A DNA stretch of 64,000 bases from Calcarisporiella thermophila CBS 279.70 (lineage: Eukaryota > Fungi > Calcarisporiellomycota). The notes under the pieces were generated by a model, which had not been told where the DNA came from, did not search any database, and saw only the letters and a program-made list of their open reading frames with translations. Below, piece after piece: positions 49,685 to 61,942 of the stretch. A program made the translations under genes and the position numbers. Numbering within the stretch: position 1 is the stretch's first letter; each line of letters starts with the position of its first letter. Location of the stretch: NCBI RefSeq assembly GCF_041956535.1, contig NW_027192215.1:427668-491667 (forward strand). Direction: 5' to 3'.

Positions 49685-51068
49685 ATATTTGTTACTCTTT
49701 TAATGCCTAGCTTAAAACCTCAGAAAATTGAGTCACAACCTAAGTTACAGATTATATTGTGATGTAACGAAAAATCCCAATTTGCCAGATTTTATCCAAG
49801 CTTGGCTGAGATATGCCTAATTCCAACAAATTTTTAAAAACTCGCGTTTTACAATTCGGTCTGGGCCATAAAACTCTGCCTCAAACATTATCTTAATAAA
49901 ACCGCGGGAGGCGAAGAATTTTCTCTTGTCACCTGAGGGTGGGAAAATTTGGGTATTTGTAGCAGTATTATTTGCTGTCTATGATTTCATTAGAGTGCTT
50001 AGTTTTTCTGAGATCTGCATTGGGATAATATTTTTCGCACAGCTATACCATACAAATGCCCGGAGTGGAGATTCTATCAAGCTCAGGCACTATCTGAGTA
50101 ATCTCAAACATGACAAATGCATTTGCAGCTTCCAATCGAATTGCTTTAACTTTTCGTTTGTTCAATAAAAATTCATTAAAATCTAATTGTTTTAACAAAT
50201 TAGAATGCACTGGATCGCTTCTCTATAAATTTAGCACTCATTTAGATCAGTTCAACCAAAGGCTCAGATTGAGCTGGAGGATAAATATCTACTAGATTAT
50301 TGTTGGAATTTTTAATCAGAGTATATTAATCATCATTGAAAAAAGTAAGACAAAATTGCTGAACTATTTTAATAATAACAAGAAATCGTAAACAGGTAAT
50401 ATAGTTTATACACAAACAAGTAAAAATCAGGTTTAAATTAATATACTTGACAATTTCAGATTATCAGTCACGCTTGATCGTACTCCAACAATTATTTTGA
50501 TCGGTATTATTCATGTTCCTCGATACTAGATCTTAAAAATCCTAGCCACTCCCAAAATGTTATAACAGTGCTTGTGAAACCTATCAATAGTTTAGTAGAA
50601 TATGACTAGCTCGAAATATAATTTTCTCATCACCGCCAATATACCTTCCGAGCGTGTTTTGAAGTGGCGACAGGGAATGTTTGTGTTCCTTAGTCAATTG
50701 ACAGTATCGAGACAGGTAAGTATGTGGCGGAAACGGATACCATCCGAATAATGCCCAGTAAAATTTTGCTGAGAATATCAATGAAAGTCAGAATGGAATT
50801 CGGCTTTGGTATTTGTTGAGTCCTTATTGGGTTCTGTTTGAATCGTGCGCTGGAGTTTGAATTTTTTTTCTGAAACCGTCTTAATTTAGCGTGCACAAAA
50901 TGAGGCAACCAAATAGATTAAGTAGACCAAATTCAAAGTATGTGGCAAAACTGAAAGACTTAAGAATAGAGAAATCTGTATACTTGTTGGGTTACAGGCT
51001 TTTAAATAATTTTATCGTATAGATGGAACACAAGTTGAATATACTATTTATACTCATAAATTAATGAA

Positions 51069-51509
51069 ATGGGCATTTTCCTCGATCAAGCTTGGCTTGA
51101 CTGGTTTACTACTTTTAAAAACAATCCGCCGGTTCTTGGGTTCATCGTGGAACAAGCGTATCTCAGTAGTATTTCGCAAAAAGGACTAAGTGTAGCAGGC
51201 CTAAGTTTCCGTAATATGAAGACCATAGTATTCGATAGCGATATTCCCATTTACGATACAAGTCTCGAGCTGGCACTTTACGTTCCACTGGTTTATAATT
51301 TCAAGGCAATCGACGGCTTAGTCTTGTCATTGGATAAAAAAAAAAGAATTGCACATCTAGTTCCTATCCAGATATATATTGCCAGAAATCGTGTTGATTC
51401 AGAACCAGAGTTATTTGCTAACTGGGACAAATGGACTGAGAAACTAGAATCTGAAGGGTATACAATTGAGTTAATTCGTGCGTTTCTACGACGTAAGACA
51501 TATCTTTGA
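51069..51509 (+). pseudogene. C-terminal fragment of a CRN-type restriction-endonuclease-fold protein
   Basis: NPPVLGFIVEQAYLSSI...LYVPLVYNFKAIDGLV...LVPIQIYIA; no upstream domains seen. Confidence 0.6.
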
Positions 51510-51522
51510 TTACAAGTACCTA

Positions 51523-52364
51523 TTATAAATAAATAGGGATATTAATTGGGAGAATAGAGAACTTATTAAAGTATGTCAAGTAGCATTTGGAAAATAGATT
51601 ATCCTTTTCCTCTAAATCACCTTTTGGCTCTACTCTACTGAATATTTTCGATGGTATCGTATCCAAATTGCATTTATCTATCTCCATTGGGGGCATATTC
51701 TCATCATTGCGGTTATACACGTTTGGCTTGATGCGACTATCCTTCAGCTTTTCTGATTGATATGACCCTAAGTGCCAAAAGTTAGGTTTATTATTTACTT
51801 TCTCCATTGATGAATAGTAAAACAATCAATAATATACAGCACTTACGCCTACTATGGAAAATTTGCTTAATCCATTCATATATTGCCCAATCCGATCGAG
51901 TGTCTGGAAATTCGCTATACTCTTCTTTGAACTTATGGTACATCAAACCAAATTTACATTGTAGTACACTGTCAATGTGCCAATTGTTTTTTTAAATTAT
52001 ACCTTTCGAACCACTCTCTTAACTGCCGAAGAATCTTGAAGCTTATATGGTTTATCAAAATCAAATTAATTTCGTCCATGATTCTACGCAAGGTATGCTG
52101 TAACCGATTATCAAAAGTATCCTAACCCGTGGTCCTCATCTAAATTCTTAGTCATATTGTTGCCATTATCACTGTTGCCTAGCTCATTATTATTGCAACC
52201 ACCGCTGCTCTCTTGCTCGAACTGTGGTTGAATTCTTGCAGTGAATTCAGAAACAAGCGATAGCGCAGTTTCAGGCGTGTATTTATCAGCAATAAATTTT
52301 ACAAGTTGATCATATAAACTTTTATTTGAATTTGAAGTGAAGGAGCCTTGCTTATTGAGGTTCA
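51523..52364 (-). pseudogene. Frameshifted intron-containing hypothetical gene, possibly TE-associated
   Basis: Pieces MNLNKQG...GYF / DNRLQHTLRRIMDE... / ...YSEFPDTRSDWAIYEWIKQIFHSRR / ORF 51523; an extra T near 52113 gives a stop. Confidence 0.4.
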
Positions 52365-53710
52365 TAGTTACAAGAAAAATGCAAAAAATTAGATAGAGAG
52401 AGCACGCAGTATTATGAAAAAAAATACAAGTCAAAGAAGATAAGACAAATATTTCTTTAGCAAACAAAAATAAACAATGGCCATATGTTCTATGGTAAGA
52501 TGGAGATTTGGCACTACTAGAAATTACGAATCAAGTCCTTTACATTAAGCCTTTTTCCCTAACAAAGAAAATTGGATCCTAAGCATTACCTAAATAGTTA
52601 GTGAGGATCTAAATTTAACATCGATTACGTCATAGTCGATAGCCAGAATAGAGGAATTCCAATCAACACCACCGAAGGTGTTGTGCAAAATTAGTAACGA
52701 TTCTTCGAGTCTCCTTCTTAAAAAGCTCATACAGATTCGGTTCATCGAATTTTTTTGCAAAGTCAAATTTCCCCCGCATTATTATTATATTTATATTAAA
52801 AGGAGTCTCTAAATTACTCGAAATTGAGCTGTTTAACCTTCGTCATCTTGAATTAATTTATAACATTATTAAACAAATTTTATACCCATTTTCAAATGGC
52901 CCGAAGTAATGTAGCCTGTCTATGTCCTTTGTGCAAGGGCAAAATGGAAGACTTACTCTTTGTAGGGATGGCTAAATGGCATTTTATTATGTGTAATAGA
53001 TTCTATCGAATCATATTCAAATTATATATTATTTTACGGCAATAATCTTAACAAAGATTTTTCTCAGGAAACTGCTTAGTCCAAAGTCAAAATGACAGAG
53101 TTAAAAGAGAGATATTTAATATAGAATGCGGTATTTGATGGCCTATGGCATCTTGTAACAATCTTTGGTTTGTTACCTTTAATAATTATAACAGATTTGG
53201 GAAGAGCAATAAAACTAATCAAAGAATGTATATAAAAAAAGAAAGTGAATGTAATCAAGGTTTAGAGCCGCATCATGATTACTATCGTGATACAAAAGAA
53301 GTGTCCTTAGCATATGTTTTTCTAATATGAAATTCTCTCAGCATACGATATCTCAACAAGCCCTTTTTTAAGTCAAGAATATTAGTCATTCTTCTATGAT
53401 AAATATTAATATCTTCCAAGATTACCTCTATTTGAGAAGCCAATAGTGTTTCTCTACAAACAGTACTCTGGAAAGATGTTTAAAGATAGCCTCTACTCAT
53501 ATTTTAGCAATAATCTGACTCATGCTGTAGACTCACTTTTCGCTAGTGAAAGTTCAGTATTACATGGCTTAATGCCTTGTGTGATTATTAGTAAACTTAG
53601 CTGCATCCATGTCTATATAAAAGTAAGCATTCTTCCCACCGTTTTGTTGATTGGTACCAGCTACATTTTAATTTTAAATTCTCACCTAACTTACACTCTT
53701 CCACAATACC

Positions 53711-53980
53711 ATGAAGTTTTTTGGTCTCGTTCTCCTTTTTGCGTCCGCTGCTAACGCTGCCGTCTACTACTGGTGCTCATCCAGCACGACCAGCTGTGTT
53801 CGTCCCGGTGTTGGACCGACATACTCCTGTGGTGAAGGTGTCTTCCACAACTACATGAGCGATGGCCGCCATAAGATGTGGAAGACTGGCGGCGAAGAAC
53901 TCAGTCCTTTCTGGCCAGAATTCCAACAATGCTGCCATGATGGGGGCAGGGGTGGTTGTTATTCAATCCATAACGAATGA
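53711..53980 (+). CDS. Small secreted Cys-rich protein (89 aa, 6 Cys), putative KP6-like
   Basis: Signal MKFFGLVLLFASAANA; C..C..T..C..F..CC..C pattern; TATATAAA near 53614, AATAAA near 54051; GC-rich ORF in AT-rich flanks. Confidence 0.85.
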   Translation: MKFFGLVLLFASAANAAVYYWCSSSTTSCVRPGVGPTYSCGEGVFHNYMSDGRHKMWKTGGEELSPFWPEFQQCCHDGGRGGCYSIHNE

Positions 53981-54311
53981 AGCTACTAATTGAACAGAAC
54001 CATTAAAAAATTGTTGTAACTAAATTAAATTTAATGGTAAATTTTTTAGCAATAAATATTGCTTGTCAAAATATTCTCGTTTACTTTCATTAGAGGAAAT
54101 AAAAATAGCTCCAGATGTGTTGGTGCACCCTTGTTATTTTTACTTATACCCAAATGTTTCTTTAATGACAACGCATGAATAAAAACACGCGTACGCCATC
54201 AATGTTCCATTTAAAGCCGTCTGGATCAAGAACTTTAAGACGAGATGAACGGGGAGAATATTTTCTTGGATGACATTCACTGGACGCTCCATCACAATGA
54301 GTTTGTCTACC

Positions 54312-54680
54312 TGTAACAGTTTTTGAGGACTGTTAGATATCCTTATTCTTAAAGAATAGAATTCATTTCAAGATAGAATGGAATTCAGGAAAGAGGTCTT
54401 ATTAATAAATAATAATAATAATAAAAGGGTAATTAATATCTCACCTTAAAGAATAGAATTCAATTCAAGATAGAATGGAATTCAGGAAAGAGTTGAGGAA
54501 CAATAAACAAAAGGGAGTGAATTTAAATAGAATCTCGGGAGTATCTAAGTGGAACATTAATACACCAATAATAAATTTGTGGTCAATAAGTATATAAAAG
54601 GAAAGGTAATTAAATAAGTAAATAATGTAAATAAGGAAGTATTATAATTAATATTATAGTGTAAATTCGGTCGTGTTACA
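54312..54680. mobile_element. Solo LTR (369 bp)
   Basis: Perfect TGTAACA...TGTTACA termini, 5-bp TSD CTACC (54307-54311, 54681-54685), internal direct repeat of about 48 bp. Confidence 0.85.
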
Positions 54681-55120
54681 CTACCTAATTTCAAAGTCCA
54701 AAGCCACAGCACCTGAAGTTGAACGCTTATTTTTGGGTAATGCATATTGTCTGCATGGACCTAGTATTTTCTCCCATCGAGATAGTAAACTCGCAGTGGT
54801 ATTTGGCAAGAATTATATTGATGTTTAGGGACAAAGCTTTCTTAACCATTTTCCACCCTCAAACTGATGGTCAATAGAAAGGGTGAGCCCTTCATTCATA
54901 GACACTATAGCAAATTTCAGTTTTTTTCCGCGTTTTGAGATGTTTTTACAGATAATTACTTCAAAGAGCAAGTGAAACGTTGATCATTATGTCTCTGCCA
55001 GAAATCGCCGTACAGTATTTATTAAATCTGCAGATCCATTACAACGACATTAAATCATCTTTTATAAAGAACTATCTTGATATAAAACAGATAATAATAA
55101 GAGAATATAGCTAAAATAAG

Positions 55121-55381
55121 TTACCACCAGTTAGGCCTTGTATCACGATTACATCTACGACAGCATTGATCCCACATAACTTTATCAACCGTTTTAATAT
55201 TGTAACAATAGCGTGACGTCTTTTTCCATTCACCCTTAAGTTCACAACAGTTCATTGTGCATCCCCAATCAAAAAGCTGGCGACCTTGAAATTTACATGC
55301 AACGGACCAGGCATCTGCAGTCCCAAGCAATGTGGTAATCGCTAGAAAAACAAAAACAAAAATAGAGACGAATTTGACCAT
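55121..55381 (-). CDS. Small secreted Cys-rich protein (86 aa, 8 Cys), putative KP6-like
   Basis: Signal peptide ending ADA; paralogous to 56750 (ADAWS, CK, T.NCC, CYNI, CC.R). Confidence 0.85.
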   Translation of the reverse strand: MVKFVSIFVFVFLAITTLLGTADAWSVACKFQGRQLFDWGCTMNCCELKGEWKKTSRYCYNIKTVDKVMWDQCCRRCNRDTRPNWW

Positions 55382-56749
55382 TTCCTAAAATTTATTTTAT
55401 CGATTGTATTAGTCTTATGGAAGAACACAAAAAGTCAGAATTAGATTATATCCTCTACTCACTGAGTGGAATTAGTATGTCTTAAGAAGTAAACTTAATA
55501 ATTAGACTGGAGATCTCTGGTTCAACTTTTTGTGTTGGTACTTGCAACTCCCATTATATAACGTTTTCGAATACGCGTCATCAGGAAAAAATAACCAATT
55601 AATAGTTTGCTCTTCACTTGATAATATTCTATTCTGTCTTACTAGCTGAAAGATGAGTAACCTTTCAAATATGTTTACAGATGCGCCAAATGAAACCAAG
55701 GTGAGTAATACTTAAGCTTAGGTACATTTCCGACGAATCCCAGAATAGTGGAATATATGCATATATTATTGCCACAGCAATTAAAGCTGCGTTCGAATTC
55801 TACTACTTTTTTTGGATAATATATATCGGTAGGGGTTGATTTATTGGAAAGAATTCTGGGCGGGATACATATATTCACTACAGAATTTTTCGAATATTAC
55901 GTGTCTATTGTATAATTCGACAACCCATTATGCCACAAAACAAACCCAAAAATTATATTTTTTTATTATTCAATAGGTATAATAATAGGTAATTTTGGTC
56001 AGTAGTATTTATTAACTATGATCTTTCGACGAAGAAGGTAGTCAAAATTTTAATGTATTCGTAAGTATTTTCAATTTTTCCGGAATCATTCCATGTCTGC
56101 TTAAGTATTGATACATATAATGGTATTTTGATTTGATAAAAATTTTAAATAATAAATTAACTAATACAATTGCCAAACATGTTTATTTATGTAAGAATAC
56201 TGTATAAGCATCCAGCTCATGCTCATCCAAGTGATTCGATCTCAACCACGTTGTTTAGAGAAACGATGACTTCAAATTCTATTGCTGTGATTTAATCAAT
56301 ATAGTCACTGTTTCACGATACATTATATCTATGTCCAATAAAATTAATAGAATACAATTGAGTTAAGAAAAAATAGGCTCAATGGGCTCGGAGACTACTC
56401 CACTTGGTCTAATATTTTGTTCTTGCTTCTAGTTATCACTCATTCTCTTGATAGTTTAGTTAAGAAAATTATTATCAATATATTTAGCATTCTATCAGCT
56501 TCTGTTTGGTTAAGTACTTTGCGGTTTAAGTTAATGCCTATTTTGAATATCAAAACTAAAGTTCAGATTGTGTAAATTCATTATCTTAGGAATTACTATC
56601 ATAAATATTTTGGGATCAACTTATATAGTATTTGAAATACAAGTATATAGCTTATTGTTATCTGAGAATATTTAATAAATACAGAGTTTTATTTCTGGTA
56701 TATTTAAATAATATATGTGGCTCTGTTACAAAGGTTGCTTTTCTCGTAA

Positions 56750-56974
56750 TTACCAGCACTTATCGAATGTGCTCCAACGGTCGCAGCAGCTCTTATATTT
56801 GCCAATTTCATCCTTATCGATGTTGTAACAATGGCTCGTTCCTGCAGTCTTCCAGCCCCAGTCTGAGCAACAGTTCAGTGTAATCAAGCCGTTCTTGCAT
56901 TTACATGACCAGGCATCGGCAGCACCTTGCAGAACAAACAAAGCGAAAATAAAAACGAAAAGTTGCTTAAACAT
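56750..56974 (-). CDS. Small secreted Cys-rich protein (74 aa, 8 Cys), putative KP6-like
   Basis: Signal peptide ending ADA; CxC...T.NCC...C...CC...C; TATATAAA (rc) near 57037-57044. Confidence 0.85.
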   Translation of the reverse strand: MFKQLFVFIFALFVLQGAADAWSCKCKNGLITLNCCSDWGWKTAGTSHCYNIDKDEIGKYKSCCDRWSTFDKCW

Positions 56975-58461
56975 GATTTTTAATAGCTCAGGAATAATAT
57001 TTTCTAAATTTTTGTATTATGTTCAAATCTTTTTGCTTTATATAGATTTTCTGAGTTAAATATCTAGTGAGAAATGATAATGACTAAAATTCTTCTATGG
57101 AAAATCCATGACTCATCTCTTTGACCGTCGCATTTCTGATCAAAAATTAATTGCTATCAAGTCCCCCTCTTTAAAAAGTCAGATTTCCAAAATATCCAGT
57201 AAAATCATAAATAGAATAAATGATAAAAAAAGTAAGGGTTAGCCTGGAATAAAATACCTATAATCATTTACACTAATGAATAACTTGCACCTATATTTAC
57301 ATTCATCGTTTATCTACCCAAACCTAACGTTCTAGAGAGTGCATAGCAAGTCAAGACTCCGCAACATCCCACAATTAAAACCCCGCCGATTCATAAACAG
57401 GAGTAATTATTAAAAATATAATATACAAACAATACTATATTATCCTTTCTACTTATCCACCACCTTACAATCTACGGCCATGTCATTTGCTATACTTATT
57501 TTTATTTCATCTATTCTAATTTCTGTGATAAATGCCAATAAATTTGGTCTTTGAAGTTCAAACAAACAATCGGACATATAGAAGTTGTCGGAGATCAGCC
57601 TTCAATATTGTACTTTTTGTAGCATATAATTTTTTGCTTAGCTTGCAAATCTCAAACTCAAACAACTCCGAGCAACCATACATGTCAGATAGAATACTGT
57701 TCAAGTTCCCGTTGTGATTTCGGAACTGGTGGAAACAGTTATTGGATTCTTCAGTAATAATTGTCTTACCAGCCACTTTATTTTAAGATCCGCTGCTCAA
57801 ATCGTTTAAATCGGATCAAGCCATATTTTTTCGAGGCTAAACTGTAAATTAAAGAAACATACTATATAATATACTGACATTAAATTGTACTGTTTTTTTC
57901 CAATAAACTAATGGCTTTGCTCGTAAAAAAAAAACAAGCTTACGATATTAATTTTTTAAAAGTAATCACACTGCTAAACTCCTTTTTTTATTTTTTGTTC
58001 GATTTGGTTAAAAATATCTCGTAAAATGGACACTCTGCGACAGGGAGAAACCAAGACGCAATTCCGAAAGCTTCCGAAAAAGGTATGTGCCTCAGATATA
58101 ATTGCAGCGCAACAGAAAATTGTAATAATTCTTGTGATCCCGAGTTTGATTATTCTTGAAAATAGCCTATAGAAATCACAATATTTGTAGAGTCTATCAT
58201 CGTAACTCGGTAATGTTCTTTGTATGTTGTCAACTACCAGGCCGAGAGTGGCATCTTTTCACTGGATTCCAATACGCTTAACCACCAACTCAGTCAGTCT
58301 CCCTGAAAAAGGTATTCTATAATTTGAAACAACTTTAACAAGATGGCTGTGAAGAATATGCTTAAGCATTCGAGTGGCGATAAAGCGATAATGACTTTAT
58401 TTATCGAATTTATTTAAACTAGTCCCTACTTCTATATTCTTGACATTATTCTTACAATATA

Positions 58462-59621
58462 CAGGTTGTGCAATAATTGTTGATGTGCTAAGCCACATTT
58501 TCATTATGATTTAATAATTTAATAACTACCCTAGAAGAATGATGGCAAAGTTTATTGTAAAAATATTTGGCATCCGCTATTTTTAGGAATACATGCATGC
58601 CACATTCAAAGAGGAGAAACTAAAACACCGGGGGGTTGAAGTTGAAAAATGTGTTGAAATGTACTTAGTGAATATACCAATTATATATACAGCTTTGACA
58701 AAACGTTTTTAGCCCGCCTGTTTATTAGTACTTTGTATTTCCCCCTTTTGCATTATATAGAGCACACATCCGCTCCGGCATGCTTGAATAAAGCTTATTG
58801 ATATATTCAAGATCTATGCTATCCCACTCCTTCTCAATTCGTCCCCATAGCTCAGTCTTATTCTTTGGCAGTCTTTGGTAATAACTGAGCCTTCGCTTCA
58901 ACTCACTCCATATGTGCTCCATAATGTTAAGATCTGGAGACTGAGAGGGCCACTCTAGTACCTCTATCCTATTATTCCGCAACCATTCACGAGTGATAAT
59001 GGAGGTATGTTTGGGGTCGTTGTCAGGCTGGAATATGACTTGTGATTTAGGAATCCCATAATACTCCATAATACTCCATTTGAGGTAGTCTTCACTGAGG
59101 ATAGTTGTTAGAGGACGACCAGGCGTGACTGGTAGTCCGATATATATTCCAGATAATATTTGTGTTACGTCAGTTAATAGCACACTTGTACGAGCATGCG
59201 TCTCACCATCTTTATTTCTTTTTTATCTCCTACCTTATCCCATCAGATATATATATAGTATGTGCTCTCCCTCTTTCTAATTCCGTAGTGTGTGTTATTT
59301 GTGTTATCCCTTCTGTCTGTTTACTTTCCTTTTATCAATATACTCTTATTAAAACCCAACAATAGTTGTGTACAATACGGAGTCGAGCCCTCCATCGATA
59401 CGGCACAAATTACCGATGCCCTGCGAAGTGACGCAGCCCCACGCCATCAAAGACCCACCACCACGTTTTAGCGTTGACCTGATATGGCGACTGCGAAGTG
59501 GCTCGCCTTTGTGCTTATAATAGTATTCTCTTCCAGTTGAATTCGCGAAGGTAATCTGCGTTTCATCTGAAAATACTACTCGCTTCCAATCATCCACAGT
59601 CCAATCTTTATACTTCCTCGC
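58462..59621 (-). mobile_element. Tc1-family DD34E transposon, interrupted, 5' part missing
   Basis: VVFSDE, MAWGC, QPDNDPKH, WPSQSPDLNIMEHIW (34 residues between D and E), AKGGNTKY*; probable end TA|CAGGTTGTGCAATAAT at 58460. Confidence 0.92.
59106..59361. mobile_element. Solo LTR (256 bp) inserted in the Tc1 transposase
   Basis: TGTT...AACA termini, 5-bp TSD ATAGT (59101-59105, 59362-59366); removal rejoins DSVLYTTI-LSEDYL. Confidence 0.9.
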
Positions 59622-61365
59622 TGTAACTGGAGTCGATGTGTCAGTGTTCAGTGGAAAATTAAGGAGGAAAAACTATGGTTATTGTTATTAAAATTAACTA
59701 AGGAAAATAGTACATATTTGTAAGTTAAAAGGTTAAAAGAATAATGCAGTGGTTAATGGCTTGGCTAAGTGGCCAATATCTTAACTAGGTGGCTATGAAA
59801 CAAAAGAGTAAGAAACAGTGAAGACATAGATAGTGTTGCATAAAGATCGTTGTGGGGCTATGAGCATATCATAATGGAACGTATCCTCTTACAGGAACGA
59901 GCAGTATTGACAAGTTGATATCATCGTTCGAAGACCGTTTACAAGCAACCAACGATGGAAGGGAACAAACGAAAAAAATTATCCATCCAATTTTTCCGCT
60001 ATGAACGATCCAACAGATCCGAGTCAGTAAAAGTCCTGTCGATCGAGAAGTTTTCAACCTTTTTTTCGTTTTCTCACGAAAACAACATGATTTATGCGTA
60101 TAGTGGTTCTGCGGGAGACGAAAAAGTCGAGGTCAACCAGAAAATCCTTACAAAAAAGGATAAGCGGACGATGAAGCGGCCTCAGAAGCATAAGGAGGAG
60201 GCGGAGGAGAAGAAAACATCAGGGGTTAAAAGGCATATTACAAGGATTGAATCACTTGGGCGAGCGCTAGATATCGAGGGATTGTGCAAACGGATTATTA
60301 AGTTGGCGCTCTGATTATGCAGTTTATCCGGATGGGGGGTGGAAGAAGGTGAGGAGGAGGAGGAGGAGGAGGAGGAGTGGAGGGGCCAAAAGAAGAAATG
60401 GAGTCAAGGAATCATATTTTCATTCTTGTATCCTAGAGAGCTTGGTTTAAGCCGGGAATTCCATCCCACTCTCTTGGCTGTCTCCTGTGGATTCCTTGAC
60501 TACCATTTCTTCGAAGATTTATGTACATAATTTTCATACACAGGANNNNNNNNNNNNNNNNNNNNNNNNNNNNNNNNNNNNNNNNNNNNNNNNNNNNNNN
60601 NNNNNNNNNNNNNNNNNNNNNNNNNNNNNNNNNNNNNNNNNNNNNNNNNNNNNNNNNNNNNNNNNNNNNNNNNNNNNNNNNNNNNNNNNNNNNNNNNNNN
60701 NNNNNNNNNNNNNNNNNNNNNNNNNNNNNNNNNNNNNNNNNNNNNNNNNNNNNNNNNNNAGGAGGAGGAGGAGTGGAGGGGCCAAAAGAAGAAATGGAGT
60801 CAAGGAATCATATTTTCATTCTTGTATCCTAGAGAGCTTGGTTTAAGCCGGGAATTCCATCCCACTCTCTTGGCTGTCTCCTGTGGATTCCTTGACTACC
60901 ATTTCTTCGAAGATTTATGTACATAATTTTCATACACAGGAGACTGTATTTGGGGAGAAATTCCTGGCATAGGATAGAGGTTCGGGAGCAATGGTTGATT
61001 ACCTCAAAGGAAATGGGTTTATACTGCTAGCGAGCAAAACCTTTCCCTCTTTGAGGTTTCCTCCTGCCTTCAAACGCCGTTGCAGACCCCTCTATCCTAT
61101 TTAATAAAGCGTTAAGAGGGTTTAAGAGTGGATAAAAATGCCGCTAGCACTAACCAACTGTATTATAGGGTTTTGAATATGACCTAAGGAGCGTATGATG
61201 ATAAGTATGATGGTAGGTATTTGGTTATATATTAATATAGTTAATAAAGTAAATATCGAGGTAAATATTAAGGTAAGTATTGGGGGAGGTATTAGGTTAG
61301 TAAATAAAGAAAAACATACTAGAGGAAGGGAGAATTTTGATGGTAGTTTTTAGAAAGCTACAACA
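59622..61365. mobile_element. Probable LTR-derived insertion truncating the Tc1
   Basis: Transposase homology stops abruptly at TGTAAC; distal end ...CTACAACA; no TSD found; contains a gap. Confidence 0.4.
60360..60942 (+). repeat. Exact duplication of about 185 bp on either side of an N gap, starting in a (GGA)n tract
   Basis: 60360-60545 is repeated at 60760-60942; likely a scaffolding artefact. Confidence 0.7.
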
Positions 61366-61942
61366 AGTGATTGTGTATCGATTGCGCTAAAATGAGAGCT
61401 CCAGGATGGATATTCGCAGAGATATTAGCCCTCAAAGATTTTGCTAAAATTCTGGAGATTTATATCTAAATAGATTGGTCCAATCAAATCTCATAATTCT
61501 TATTTCTATATTTCTGATTCTATCTGATTTTTTGTGGAAACTCCCATTGACATAAAACACCGTTAGAAATCATTGCAGGATGATTGGACAATTATTACTT
61601 GTAATCAGCCACATGGATTTACCTAGGGAATATAGCTATATTTTAACATCAAATTATAAAGAAAATAAGACTTATCTCATATCATATATAAACTCTTGAA
61701 AATGAATGAATAGAAGACAAATATGCGAAAAAATACTGATATGTAATATAATAACATAATCTCCAATTATTTATACTGCCCATATTATATGCTATAATGA
61801 CCTCAATTCAAGATATTATGATCAATAGAAGAATATTCTTTGTGGATTAAATCGGGAAAGCTGAGTGATTTAGTCAACTCAATAATGTCTGAATTGCAGG
61901 TTTTGAGAAAGATATGCTTCACCATTCGCACGTTGAGCCGCA

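Noticed and set aside
60360-60942. Tandem duplication as a biological repeat
   Set aside because: Identical copies abut an N gap, typical of unmerged contig overlap
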